Source of the DNA: Spirochaetia bacterium | GTDB taxonomy: Bacteria; Spirochaetota; Spirochaetia; SZUA-6; Bin103 | Assembly: GCA_965208575.1 (NCBI GenBank) | Contig: CBDBOV010000006.1 | Span: 256,001-320,000, forward strand | DNA: 64,000 nucleotides | Direction of reading: 5' to 3' | Shown here: in pieces, positions 1-10,485 of the stretch | How positions within the stretch are numbered: position 1 is the stretch's first letter | Layout: each line of letters starts with the position of its first letter | Notes under the pieces: model-generated | Told to the model about the DNA's origin: nothing | Seen by the model: only the letters and a program-made list of their open reading frames with translations | Databases searched by the model: none | Position numbers and translations under genes: made by a program

Positions 1-985
1 GGTTGCCGACCGTGTCCACCGCCCAGAAGTAGGGGTTGCGCACCATGTAGATGCCGATCGCGTCACGGCTGTCCAGGGTCCACGCCGACAGCTCCGGCAT
101 CACGAACGGCTGCTTGGGCGACATGTCGCGGCGCGCCATGAAGTGGCCGATCCAGTTCTCGTAGCCGTGCTCCTTGGCCAGCGCCTCGGCGTTGTCGTTG
201 GTGCGCAGGCTGAACTCCTTCATGTAGTGCGCCGGCACGAACATGTCGCCCTGCTTGATGCGCGTCCAGTTGAGCATCTGCATGGTGATCAGCTTGGACA
301 CCGGCCCGGCGAACGAGACGTTCAGCGTGTAGTCGTCGACCGCTTGGAAGTCGGCGAGCTGGCCCGCGATGGTGAAGCGGTTGCGGGTGCCGTGCGGGAT
401 TTCCGAATCCTTGAAGATGTACTCGTAGGCGAACATGATGTCGGCGGTCGTGAACGGCATGCCGTCCGACCACTTCACGCCCGGACGCAAGTGGAAGGTC
501 CACTGCGAGCCGTCGGCGGAAGCGTCGAAGTCCTTGAACAGCATCGGGATCGCCTCGCTGGTCGACGGATCCGCGCGGTACGGGAACACCTTGTGGCCGC
601 GGTGCATGTCGCCCCAGTCGCCGGGACTGAGCCGCGCCACCCGCAGCGTGCCGCCGTAGGTGCCCACCTCTTCATACGGCTCGAATACCAGCGGATCGTC
701 CGGCAGGCGCTCGGCCAGCGGCGGCAACTCGCCCGCCTCCACCATCTGCGCCAGCATCGGCGCCTCGTTGAAACTGGTGATGTTCAAATCGGCAGCGGTC
801 GGTGCCTCCAGCCAGCTCTTCGGCCACGTGTAGACGCCGCCGATCAGCACCAGCTCGGTGCCTCCGGTGGAAGCCGCGGCCACCGTGGTATCTTCCGTGT
901 CCGCCTCCTGCCCGGCGGCAAACGCCGCCCCGGCCCCCAACACCGACGCCGCCAGCGCCAGCGCACATAACCTCACAGTTCGCAT
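1..985 (-). CDS. ABC transporter substrate-binding protein, family 5 (runs off left edge)
   Basis: Manual translation: ATG at 985 after an AAGGAGGAGG RBS; signal-like MRTVRLCALALAASVLGAGAAFAAGQEA; later LRPGVKWSDGMPFTTADI and RNPYFWAVDTVGN motifs shared with the SBPs at 20897 and 62660. Confidence 0.85.
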   Translation of the reverse strand, partial: MRTVRLCALALAASVLGAGAAFAAGQEADTEDTTVAAASTGGTELVLIGGVYTWPKSWLEAPTAADLNITSFNEAPMLAQMVEAGELPPLAERLPDDPLVFEPYEEVGTYGGTLRVARLSPGDWGDMHRGHKVFPYRADPSTSEAIPMLFKDFDASADGSQWTFHLRPGVKWSDGMPFTTADIMFAYEYIFKDSEIPHGTRNRFTIAGQLADFQAVDDYTLNVSFAGPVSKLITMQMLNWTRIKQGDMFVPAHYMKEFSLRTNDNAEALAKEHGYENWIGHFMARRDMSPKQPFVMPELSAWTLDSRDAIGIYMVRNPYFWAVDTVGN

Positions 986-1091
986 CGCTCCCTCCTCCTT
1001 AGGACTCGTGCTCATCGCTGCCCTCTCAGGCCAGCCCAAGGGCTACTCTCTCACGCCCGCTTCCACCTGTCCACCCAACGCTCAAGCTCGC

Positions 1092-1481
1092 TCAAGCCTG
1101 CAGATCTTGGGTGACCTCCCCGATGTAACTGGCAAGCCACGCCTCGCCCTCGCGATGAGCTTCCAGCAGGTCGATCAGATCTGTGCCATCCCACGACTCG
1201 ACCGCCTGCACCGCGGCATCGCGGACTCCCACGTCGGAGTGCGCGAGCGCGCCCCCAACTAGTGCCGCCCGCCACGCCGACGATCCGGGGTTCGTCAGAC
1301 GGCCCAGGCAGCGCAACGTGGCTGCCGAGAAACCGGGCCGCGTCGTATCCACGCACAGCGCGCCGATGACGTCGAGTACGGCCGCCTGTTCGCCGATCCT
1401 CAACGCGCGTTCGAGAATCTGCTCGGCGGGATGTGCGACGCCGTCTTCGACCGGCTGCGCTTTGAACACCGCGCACAGCAT
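1092..1481 (-). CDS. Hypothetical helical/HEAT-like protein, possibly N-terminally truncated
   Basis: 129-aa ORF with HEAT-like ALAHSDVGVRDAAVQAVESW; co-oriented downstream of the Mrr gene. Confidence 0.5.
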   Translation of the reverse strand: MLCAVFKAQPVEDGVAHPAEQILERALRIGEQAAVLDVIGALCVDTTRPGFSAATLRCLGRLTNPGSSAWRAALVGGALAHSDVGVRDAAVQAVESWDGTDLIDLLEAHREGEAWLASYIGEVTQDLQA

Positions 1482-1649
1482 CCTGTCGAGACGATCAAGG
1501 ATAGAAGCGGTCAGACGGTGACACTCCTTCGCTGATTTCGAGCAAAGCGCCGCCCCGGTCGGCAGCTTGCGGCCAGTTCACGAGCCGACGGGTACAAGGG
1601 GTTACTGGTCACAAGAAAATGGGCCTCCAAGTCGAGATGGCCGGGGCGT

Positions 1650-3125
1650 TCATCCGTCCACTTCAAGATCGGAGAACGCGTCACGGTCAAATTCCAATAT
1701 CTCTACGGGGCGCTTACGAACGCCGATGCCGTACTGGACGAGTAGATCAACGAGCTTCTCGCCATCGATAAGGGTTATCGGGGCGACACCCGTTGCAAAG
1801 GCTGCCTCCTCGGTTCCTCTCGAGTATTTGGAGGTTGCAATAATCGTGCCCCGGACGGCGTTGAATCGGTACAGTGATCCTCGAAGTGCGTCGAGATCCT
1901 TTCGCTGAATCGTTCTCTTGTGGCGCTTCGCTTGAATGACCTCACGAATACGAGTTATCCCAAGCTCGATGTTGGCGACTACATCCACACCACCGTCTCC
2001 AGATCTCGCGGTCACCTCCACGTCCTGATAATCCATCTCGACGAGTAGCCGCTTCACCAAGTGCTCGAACGCGAAGGGGTCCAACGAAGATAAGAACTCA
2101 CGCAAGTCCTCGCGAACCGATAGTGCCTGGCGTTTCACCAGTGCCCACAGCTGTCCATGCTCATCATCGTCGCTTCGCACTTTGCGCCGGAGTCGTTGCA
2201 GGTAGTCGATGCCGCTATCGGTAATCGAGTACATCGTACCTTCACGAGCAATCAAATCGCGGTCCAGCAGGTTGTTCAGCCGACGCCGCAGTGTGTCTCG
2301 GATTGTGGATTGTGTGCCAAAACGCGAATACCGACTCAAATACTCGGACCACTCTGCGAGCAATCCGCCGGCCCGAGTCGGCCCTATGTCGGCAACGATC
2401 CCCAGCAACTTGATCACGCCTTCGCGTTCGTCGAGGAACGCCTCGATGTCTCCGCTCTTCTGATGCAGGAACTTCTTCCCAGCATCGGTCAAGCTCAGCT
2501 TGCCGTCACGGTTCTCGTTAATGAGTTGATATCTCCGGCACAGCAGCCAATGGCCATAGGTGTGCCGCGGGTTGACGCTCTTGCCGCTACTCTGCCAGAT
2601 CGCACTCGCAAGGTCGCGATCGTCACCCGAGAGGCGTTCAGGTATCCATCCGTCGGGATCAGTCCAATCTACGGTATTCTGCGGAGTCCCTCGCAGTTCG
2701 TTGATGGTTGTACGTAGGGCGGTGACCTGCTTCCGCGGCCGACCTGGCCACACCCGAAGAAGCTCACGAACCTCGCGATATGTCGGAAAAATCGGTGTCC
2801 TTACGCGGAGCTCCTCTGACTCCTCTTCCTCTACCTCGGCGGTATCATCCGTACCGGACGAGAAGCCTCCTGGTTCGATAGATTCGGATACCGTAGCTTC
2901 GGCGTGAAGAGAGCTCAATCCATACACACCGGGACCGACTCGGCAGAACTCGCTGCCTTCCCCGTATTTCTTTATGTCACCGTTGATTGTGGCGCGTACC
3001 GAGGCATCTGGTGTCTTCGACGTCGAGCTTGCGGGACTGCGTTCGAGGATTCGTGCGGTCAGGGCCTGATAATGCATGGGTCCCAGGTCGCGGAGGACCT
3101 CAATGGCGGCGAGTCGAAGATTCAT
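1650..3125 (-). CDS. mrr: Mrr-family (type IV) restriction endonuclease with N-terminal HARE-HTH/winged-helix domains
   Basis: C-terminal Mrr_cat motifs DPFAFEHLV, SGDGGVD, IQAKR, ITLIDGEKLVDLL; N-terminal TPDASVRATINGDIKK...FCRVGPGVYGL typical of HARE-HTH; visibly lower GC than flanks. Confidence 0.88.
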   Translation of the reverse strand: MNLRLAAIEVLRDLGPMHYQALTARILERSPASSTSKTPDASVRATINGDIKKYGEGSEFCRVGPGVYGLSSLHAEATVSESIEPGGFSSGTDDTAEVEEEESEELRVRTPIFPTYREVRELLRVWPGRPRKQVTALRTTINELRGTPQNTVDWTDPDGWIPERLSGDDRDLASAIWQSSGKSVNPRHTYGHWLLCRRYQLINENRDGKLSLTDAGKKFLHQKSGDIEAFLDEREGVIKLLGIVADIGPTRAGGLLAEWSEYLSRYSRFGTQSTIRDTLRRRLNNLLDRDLIAREGTMYSITDSGIDYLQRLRRKVRSDDDEHGQLWALVKRQALSVREDLREFLSSLDPFAFEHLVKRLLVEMDYQDVEVTARSGDGGVDVVANIELGITRIREVIQAKRHKRTIQRKDLDALRGSLYRFNAVRGTIIATSKYSRGTEEAAFATGVAPITLIDGEKLVDLLVQYGIGVRKRPVEILEFDRDAFSDLEVDG

Positions 3126-3351
3126 TGGATTCCTTCAGTATCTCACGCTTGAGCCGGATGATGAAGCGACGCCCTTCCTCGATACGCTCCGGCTCGGCCC
3201 GATCGTGCATTCGCAGCCTGAAGTTCCGCTCCGGCGCGTCTGTGCGTCGAGCGTCAACGTAACGGTAGTCAATGCGTAGCCCAGTTCATCGGCAGATCCC
3301 GGAATACCGCACTTGGGCGGCCCATCGACACCGGCCCACCTGCGAAATCCT

Positions 3352-4161
3352 TCAGTGCAGGGCGAACACGCCGCGCACGGTTACGGTGATGGTGTCGCTG
3401 CCGATGCTGATCGGCGTATCGACCGCTTCGGCTTTCAGCAACGCGCCGGTGGCCGGTCGCGGGTAGGGGCCGTCGGGCGGCGCCACTCCCTCGCTGATTT
3501 CGAGCAACGGTCCCAATTCGCGGTTCGCGGCTTCCGCCAGTTGCCGGGCGGTGCGGTGCAGCTCATTCACCGCTTGCCGGCGGGCGACCTCACGATGCCG
3601 TTCCGGGTCGGCGTGTGCGAATGCGATGTCGCGAAACACCAGCTCATCGCCGGCGGCGTCGGACACGACGTCGATGGCGGTACCCAGAGTGTCCAGGTCC
3701 CGGTAGGTGACCGTCAGGGAGTGGACGACCCGGTAGCCGGCCAGGCGGCGCCGGCCTTCGTCGGTGTACTGGTAATCGGGCTGGATGCTGAACCGGCTGG
3801 TCTGCATGTCCCGATCCTCCACGCCGAGCCGTCGAAGTTCGTCGATTACCGCCTCGGTCACCCCAGCGGCCCGCTCCCTGGCTGCGGCCACCCACGGCTG
3901 CGTGATCTCGACGCTGATGCCGAGGACAGCGACATCGGGTACGGCTTGCACGCTGCCATCCGCGCGCACCACCACGGTTCCCGGTTGCGCGATGGCCGTG
4001 CCGGGAGCGCCCACCTCTTGCACCGGCGGCGTTGTACCGCACCCGGCGATCACCAGAGCGGCCACCAGCACCGCCAAGACGGCACACAATCCGAATGGCG
4101 TGCCGTTTCCCGGTGCTCGCGCACCCGCCCGGAGCGAGCGATTGCTCACCCTCCTGATCAT
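3352..4161 (-). CDS. SIMPL (DUF541) domain lipoprotein
   Basis: Lipobox-like VIAGC; VVRADGSVQAVPDVA, MQTSRFSIQPDY, LGPLLEISEG, ITVTVRGVFAL; start trimmed from the long ORF to ATG 4161. Confidence 0.85.
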   Translation of the reverse strand: MIRRVSNRSLRAGARAPGNGTPFGLCAVLAVLVAALVIAGCGTTPPVQEVGAPGTAIAQPGTVVVRADGSVQAVPDVAVLGISVEITQPWVAAARERAAGVTEAVIDELRRLGVEDRDMQTSRFSIQPDYQYTDEGRRRLAGYRVVHSLTVTYRDLDTLGTAIDVVSDAAGDELVFRDIAFAHADPERHREVARRQAVNELHRTARQLAEAANRELGPLLEISEGVAPPDGPYPRPATGALLKAEAVDTPISIGSDTITVTVRGVFALH

Positions 4162-4351
4162 CGTCGTCACCTTGCACGTCGAGACGGCGAAGATCAATCG
4201 CCGCTGGGCTCCGCGCCGGCGCGCGACAGGCGCGGGGGGTCCTGAACGCCGGAGACGGCAGAATTCGCATGGCCGGGATCGACGGCAGACAGCTTGCAGG
4301 AGCGCACGACGGTCGGCCAAATCAGAACGCGGCCACGGCGTGGAGGTGGCG

Positions 4352-6814
4352 CTACCGCGGCGGCTCCGACGGCGGAGCTGGTCCGTTGCCGTGGCACATG
4401 CGGTGGTGTGCCAGGCACGCAAGAGCCAAGTTCTCCGCCTCCGGGCCGCCCTCGTCGGCAACCGGCAACAGGTGGTGGATCTGTAGCAGGTGGGAAGAAT
4501 TGCAGCGGCGACCGGTGAGCGGATCGCGATAGCAGCAGCGCCCCCCGTCGCGCAGCCAGACATGACGCCGGACAGCCGCCGGAATGGAGCGCCGCGGCGG
4601 CGACCGGCGCGCGCCGAGTGGAACGTCGCGGGTGCACTGCGGCGATGCTCCCCCCGGCGTGCCGCCCGCACCACGCGCCGGCGGCACGCCGCTGGCCAAC
4701 TTCGGCGCCGCAGTCGTGGGCGGCCGGATCCGCGTGGCACCAGTGCCGTCGGCGGGGCCGCCGCTGGCCAACTCCGGTGCCGCAGCCGTGGCCGACCGGA
4801 TCCGCGTAGCACCAGCGCCGTCGGCGGGGTCGCCACTGGCCAACTTCCGCGCCGCAGTCGTAGCCCGCGGGATCCGCGTCGCATCTGCGCCGTCGGCAGA
4901 GCCGCCGCTGGCCAACTCCGGCGCCGCAGCCGTAACCCGCCGGACCGGCGTGGCATCAGCGCCATCGGCGGGGCCGCCGCCGACCAACTTCGGCGCCGCA
5001 ACAGCGCTGTCGGCGGGGCCGCCGCCGGCGCTCCGATCCTCCGGCGCCGCAGCGACGGCGGGCGGGGCCGAAGCAGCGGCACCTGCGCGGGCGCCAACTG
5101 ACCTTGCACCGCCCGTCGGTGCGGCGGGCGCTACGCCGCGCACCCCGGCAGCGGTGCGGATCGTCGCGGCCCGCGGCTGCTCCCCGCCGGCCGCGGCCGC
5201 CGCCACGACCGAGGGTGTGCCGGTCCGCTCCCGCCGCGACGATGCTGCCGTGCCGCCCGTACGCCCCCGCCTGCCACCGCCGCGGCGCGGGTCGTGCCGC
5301 GCCACCGCCTCACGCACCAGGCGCGCCACCAGGTCGCCCCACGACATGCGCGGGTCGACGTGCGACCACAGGTCCTTCAGTTGGCGCAGTCCCTGCTCGC
5401 ACTCCTGGTCGATGCTCACCTTCAAGGTGTAGCGGTCCGGCGCCACCGCGCGCAGCGTGTCGCGCGGCGGCACCACCTGCGGAGCGGCGCTGGCCAACAA
5501 GCCGGCGACCTGGCGCGTGGTCATGCCGGCGGCCTGCTCGATCAGCTCGCGCTGGCGCCGCGGATGCAGCAGCGCTGCGGCCGACACCGGCCCGGCGCAC
5601 CGCGGCTCCGGGCCGGACCGCAGTTCCGGGTCAGAACACGGTTCCGGGTTCGAACAACGTTCCGGGTTCCGGTCACCCCGCGACGGCGCCGGTGCGGGCG
5701 CAGCGGTGAGCCGCGGCTCCGATGGGGCCACGACCGGCAACGGTTCCGGCTCGGCGCCACTCGCCGGCGGCGGAAGTGGCGCGGCCGGGCCCTGGTCCGA
5801 GGAGGCCACGGCGGCACCGGGAGCGCGCAACGGTGCCGGAGAGTGCCAGGCGGCTCCGCTCGACTCCCGCCGCCCCGGCAGCGCATCGGCATGCCGGGCG
5901 CCGCGGTGCCGCGCAGCGGCGTGGCTCGCCACCGGCACCACCGGCGTGGTCGCCGGCTCGCTACCCGTGAGCCCGGGCCGCGGTACACGCCCCGGCGCCG
6001 CGGGCGGCGGCGCGTGCAGCGTGGCGGCCGTCGAAGCCGGTGCAGCGCCCGAGGTGGCGGCACTCGAGTCCCATCGGCCCACCGGCTGCGCACCCGCCGC
6101 TGCCGGGCGGGCACCGACCGCCGCCGAGCCGTCCGACGATCGCCTGCAACGGTCGCGCTCCGCATGCCGCTCCTCGCGGCTTCCGGCGTCACCGAGCGAC
6201 CGCGCCTCCGGCCCGGCCGACGATGGCCTGCAACGGTCGCTCACGGTATGCCGGGCCCCGCGGCCTCCGGCGTCACCGAGCTCCTGGGCGACGGCGGCCA
6301 CGCCGGGCGGCGTCGATGCCGCCACCGCCGCGGCACCGGCCATCCCCGCTCCCGCTCCCGACGCTTCGGCATCCCGGTCGCCCGCTGCGCTCGGCGCGGC
6401 AGGCAGCCCATGCAGAGCTTGGCAGCGCTCCTGGTCGACGGGCGCGCTCGCTCTCCGGCACTGGCGCTCGGCGGCGCCAAACGCGGTCTCCAACTGCGCC
6501 GCCGACGTCACACTCAGCTCGCCGCTGTGCAGCATGGCCCGCACCCAGCCATGCCGCCGGCACAACCTCATGGTCTGAATACGCCGTTGCGCGGCCGCAT
6601 CGGTGAACCGCAACTCCCGCACCGCGTAGTCGAACAGGCTCGAGAACCCGCGCCGCAGCGCCAGCCCGCGACGGTCGATCTCGTCGAGATGGTCCAGGAT
6701 GTGCACTTCGAGGCCGCGCTGGTTGGCCGCCAGGCGCCTGGTCTGCTCCAGGAGCTGCTGATCACCGAGTGAACTGAAGGGTCGTCTGCCGGTCCCGCCG
6801 GTCATGTTCGTCAT
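4352..6814 (-). CDS. DUF222-like/HNH endonuclease domain protein with long low-complexity inserts
   Basis: N-terminal HLDEIDRRGLALRRGFSSLFDYAV block; C-terminal RRSIPAAVRRHVWLRDGGRCC...QIHHLLP..EGG..AENLALACLAHH HNH motif. Confidence 0.8.
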   Translation of the reverse strand: MTNMTGGTGRRPFSSLGDQQLLEQTRRLAANQRGLEVHILDHLDEIDRRGLALRRGFSSLFDYAVRELRFTDAAAQRRIQTMRLCRRHGWVRAMLHSGELSVTSAAQLETAFGAAERQCRRASAPVDQERCQALHGLPAAPSAAGDRDAEASGAGAGMAGAAAVAASTPPGVAAVAQELGDAGGRGARHTVSDRCRPSSAGPEARSLGDAGSREERHAERDRCRRSSDGSAAVGARPAAAGAQPVGRWDSSAATSGAAPASTAATLHAPPPAAPGRVPRPGLTGSEPATTPVVPVASHAAARHRGARHADALPGRRESSGAAWHSPAPLRAPGAAVASSDQGPAAPLPPPASGAEPEPLPVVAPSEPRLTAAPAPAPSRGDRNPERCSNPEPCSDPELRSGPEPRCAGPVSAAALLHPRRQRELIEQAAGMTTRQVAGLLASAAPQVVPPRDTLRAVAPDRYTLKVSIDQECEQGLRQLKDLWSHVDPRMSWGDLVARLVREAVARHDPRRGGGRRGRTGGTAASSRRERTGTPSVVAAAAAGGEQPRAATIRTAAGVRGVAPAAPTGGARSVGARAGAAASAPPAVAAAPEDRSAGGGPADSAVAAPKLVGGGPADGADATPVRRVTAAAPELASGGSADGADATRIPRATTAARKLASGDPADGAGATRIRSATAAAPELASGGPADGTGATRIRPPTTAAPKLASGVPPARGAGGTPGGASPQCTRDVPLGARRSPPRRSIPAAVRRHVWLRDGGRCCYRDPLTGRRCNSSHLLQIHHLLPVADEGGPEAENLALACLAHHRMCHGNGPAPPSEPPR
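4685..5050. repeat. Coding tandem repeat, 72-bp unit, about 5 copies (24 aa, APKLASGGPADGADATRIRSATAA-like)
   Basis: (G/A)CTGGCCAACT recurs at 4691, 4763, 4835 and 4907, with a degenerate copy at about 4979. Confidence 0.85.
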
Positions 6815-7273
6815 GCCTTAAATATAACACTGGCCGGTAGATAGCACTTTCGTGCAGGTCCTCGACCCGGCACCGGCAGCGCCACTGGGGCGCGAATTGG
6901 CGGCTCCAGGGGCACGCGGTCGGCCACTTGACGGTCGCACACCATTGCCGGGCTTCACGGCCCGCCAGGGGCCTTCAGCGGCAGCGGAAAAGTGCGTCAA
7001 CCCCTGCGCCCGATTTTCTGAAGTTATTTTGGTGCAGGACGACAGGAACCCACCCCATGCCGCACAGATGGTCCGACCCGCCCGCTACGTGGGCCCTCAC
7101 GACCACCGGCGCCCGCGGCAGCCCGCCCGGTCCCAATCTGCTGCCGTGCCGACCGGAGCGGTGGGGTGAGACCGGTGCATGCGAAGCTTCGCCAGCGGAA
7201 GCGAAGTCGCGACGAACCGAAGTACCACGTCGAACACCTGTAACCGGGCGGCACCGGCGCGGCTGCTACTCTT

Positions 7274-8655
7274 TCAGCCGGCGGCGGGATCCCCGCACCA
7301 CGGCTCAATGGTGTTGTGGATGGGCAGGTCGGCGATGCGCAGGCCGCTGCGGGCGGGGTCTTCGTTGCGGGCGAAGTAGGCCTCCAGGCGGGCGGTGAGT
7401 TCGGCCACGGCGGCGGCGCAGGCGGGGTCGCCGTGGCGGTTGTGTTCCTCGTCGGGGTCTTCGGCGAGGTCGTAGAGCTCGTCGGGGAAGTGGCCGTTGG
7501 GGCCGGGGTAGCGCTTGATGAGCTTGTAGCGATCGGTGCGGATCATGCGCGCGTTGCCGTATTCGCAGACCTGGGCGTCGCGCCACTCGCGAGCGGGCCG
7601 CGGCAGCTTCGCCGGGCGACTCACTCAGCAGCGGCAGGCAGGAGCGGCCGGTGCGGCCGAGCGTTTGCGCCAGCTCGGCGCGGTCGCAGCCGGCGGCGTC
7701 GGCGAGCGTCATGAACAGGTCGCAGTGATCGACCGGCTGCGGATGGACCGAAGCGGCGCGGATGCGGCCGGGCCAGGACAGCAGGCAGGGGATGCGGATC
7801 GACTCCTCCAGGAAGTTCTGCGGCGTGGTCACGTTGCCCTTGGTGTGCAGGCCGTGGTGGCCGTTCATGTGGCCGTGATCCGAGGTATACACCACCAGCG
7901 TGTCCCGCTCGGCCTGTTGGTCAGCCAGCTCGTGGAGCACCCGGCCCGCCATCTCGTCGATCACGCTCACCGCGGCGTAGTACTGGGCGTTGGCATCGCG
8001 CCGCTCGGCGCGGTCGGTCGGGTAGTGGAAGCGGAGGCTCCCGTGGGCGCGGCTCGGCGGCATGTGAGGGAGGTCGGCGAAGGTGCACTCCCTGTAGCGC
8101 TGCACCCAGCGCTCCGGCTCGCCTTCATGAGGCGTGTGGGTGTTGGTGAAGCCGACGAACAGGTAGAACGGGTGTCCGCGGTCGCGCTCGCGCAGGAAGC
8201 GCACGGCGCGGTCGGCGAGGTGGTGCGCCTGGTTGCCGAACCGCTCCACCAGGTGGCTGCCCTGGTCCGAAAGAGCCGGACGGCGGGCGATGCTTGGGCA
8301 TAGGCCTTCATCGTCTTCCACCTCACGGAGTGACCGTCCAGACTCGTAGAACGGCTGCGCGCCGAAGCGGGCGTTGGTGCCGGTCGCGTTGGAGAACCAC
8401 GTCTCCCACCCCGGCGGCGCCTGCTGGAAGTGGTTCAGGTGCCACTTGCCGACCAGCCCGGTCTGGTAGCCCTGCCCCTGCAACACGTCGGCCAGCGACG
8501 TCTGTCCGGCGATGCCGGGGTGGCCGGCGCCTACGTTCTGCTCGCCGATGTGATCGTGGATGCCGTGCGCCGACGGAATCCTGCCGGTATGGAATGACGC
8601 GCGCGCCGGCGAGCACACCGGGCACGGAGTGAACGCGTTCGCCATGCGCGCGCCG
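7274..8655 (-). pseudogene. 5'-truncated, frameshifted sulfatase (second copy of 10486-12015)
   Basis: Near-identical to the intact copy from GARMANAFTP onward; lacks the N-terminal PNILVFLSDDHG; frame change near 7590-7620 splits it into ORFs 7305-8645 and 7274-7624. Confidence 0.85.
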
Positions 8656-8658
8656 GGA

Positions 8659-9525
8659 CTATTCGATCAAGTCCATTACCCGTGGTTTGAGCGACCGGAG
8701 AACGGTCTCGAAGGAGGGCAGCCCTGAGACCAGCGGTCCAAGCCACTGCTCCCAGGTTCGGTCGACATCGGCGAGGATGGATTCATGAAAGAAGTCGTCC
8801 GGACCGTCAAAACTGACCTGCCGCACGCTGCACTTCTCCCGTAGCAGGACATCGAATTCGGTAAGGTCCATCTGCTGCCCGTACTCGCCAAGAATGCGCC
8901 AAAGGTCGTAGTAGTCGCGCGCCCGTGACCGGGCCCAACCACGCACCTTGACCAACGCCGCCTGCTGGAGGATCGCCCGCAGCTTTTCGGCAACGACCTC
9001 CTCAAGGGCATACACGGGGATGTGCATGTCAAACGGTTCCCCATACTCGTGAATGACCCTCCGACTCTCGACCGGTCGGAAGATTGGTTCGTCCACCGTC
9101 ACCTCGATCATGACGCGAGTGTGCGGCCGATTCTGCCAAGGCAGCTGCGCTCGTATCGAAAAAGCCTCCTGACCGCGGGGATGCGGGTTCCGCTCGACAT
9201 AGCGCTCGCAGTTGATAGCGACCGGCGCATATTCGGCCAGCATCCGTTCTCCGGCGGCACACGCCGCGTGGACAAGGACCTCCATGGCGTCGCCGGCAGG
9301 AGTGCCGTTCCGCCCAGAGAAATCCAGGTCTTCGGAGAAGCGGTAATCGCCGAAGTAACACTTCCGGAGCGCGGTACCACCCTTGAACACCAGCTTTCCG
9401 CCGAGAGCCGGCACCCGGTCAATCCCGGCCAGAATCCAGGACAGGAGGTAGTCGCGCTCCAGCACCTCCCACGGGACGCCGAGCCGCCGGCGAGCTTCTT
9501 GGAGGCGAATGCGAAGTGGCCTCAC
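8659..9525 (-). CDS. abiEii: AbiEii/AbiGii nucleotidyltransferase toxin (type IV TA)
   Basis: ERDYLLSWIL, FKGGTALRKCY, RFSEDLDF, EKLRA, RARDYYDLW motifs. Confidence 0.9.
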   Translation of the reverse strand: MRPLRIRLQEARRRLGVPWEVLERDYLLSWILAGIDRVPALGGKLVFKGGTALRKCYFGDYRFSEDLDFSGRNGTPAGDAMEVLVHAACAAGERMLAEYAPVAINCERYVERNPHPRGQEAFSIRAQLPWQNRPHTRVMIEVTVDEPIFRPVESRRVIHEYGEPFDMHIPVYALEEVVAEKLRAILQQAALVKVRGWARSRARDYYDLWRILGEYGQQMDLTEFDVLLREKCSVRQVSFDGPDDFFHESILADVDRTWEQWLGPLVSGLPSFETVLRSLKPRVMDLIE

Positions 9526-10362
9526 TCACCCACCGGATCCAGGTAGATTCTCTTGAACCATCCAGCGGGCGTTACACCTCCCCGCTCTGGGTCCGGTTGG
9601 ATCGAGCGTTCGGTAGCCCTGGGTGGGAAGCTCCTCAAGGAGGCCGACTTCCGGCGACGTACAACCACAGTATGCGAGCACCCATCCCAGCCGCTTGGCC
9701 GTCGAAGTCCCCAGTCGAATCGCGTACTCGGTGATCCGCTTGACGTCCACTCGGTCCACCGCCGCCTCAAAAGCATGAAGAACTTCGGCGAAATCACCGC
9801 AAAGCCGCGGCCTGGAAAGCCCGTCCAACAGGGTGCGCTCCAGATCGGTGATGACCACCCTCGCGTCGTGAGCCCACATGTACTCGGTACCGAAGAGGCG
9901 GTCCGGTTTCACCCGGACGAATCGGTACATCGTGTCTCCTGCCAAGTATTCGCCTCGCCGGAGGGTCATCCCTCCCGCCCGCATGCGAGGCACAGATCTC
10001 TCCGTAGTCGTGAGCACGAACACGGTCCGCGGTACTTGTTCGGTCACTCCATGATAGTGCATGGCCGACCAGTGCGAGATCGCAGCCGGGGTTGTAAGGG
10101 CCATCGCGACTTCAAACTCGTGGACGGATATGCCACCGGGAACCGTGGATGCCAAGGCGTAGAGTCCGCGCCGCAGAGAGACGATCCAGCCATTCCTCCG
10201 GAGGTGGTGCAGGGCCTCGCACACGTAGGCGTCATTGAGGCCGACGAGGGGCGCGAGTTCCCGGGCCCGATCCGTCGTGAAGACACGATCTCCCTCACGG
10301 ACAAGGAGCCGCACCAACTCGACTCCTACCAGTGACCGCTTTCGCTTCGCGTGCGCAGACAT
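9526..10362 (-). CDS. abiEi: AbiEi-family antitoxin / transcriptional regulator (type IV TA)
   Basis: GWIVSLRRGLY, AISHWSAMHYHGVTEQVP, ITDLERTLLD motifs; directly upstream of AbiEii; ATG 10362 with GGAG RBS. Confidence 0.88.
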   Translation of the reverse strand: MSAHAKRKRSLVGVELVRLLVREGDRVFTTDRARELAPLVGLNDAYVCEALHHLRRNGWIVSLRRGLYALASTVPGGISVHEFEVAMALTTPAAISHWSAMHYHGVTEQVPRTVFVLTTTERSVPRMRAGGMTLRRGEYLAGDTMYRFVRVKPDRLFGTEYMWAHDARVVITDLERTLLDGLSRPRLCGDFAEVLHAFEAAVDRVDVKRITEYAIRLGTSTAKRLGWVLAYCGCTSPEVGLLEELPTQGYRTLDPTGPRAGRCNARWMVQENLPGSGG

Positions 10363-10485
10363 TCGCTGGTCTCCAATTCTCGTACGGCGTACATCGCTTT
10401 GCAAGAATACGGCATAAATCGGAGCATGTCCAAACTTTTCCCATCATTCGATGACAGAAGCCGACGATACGCGACATGCCGCGAC

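Noticed and set aside
4685-5050. Repeat array as CRISPR or ncRNA array
   Set aside because: Whole 72-bp units repeat in frame within a CDS with no unique spacers.
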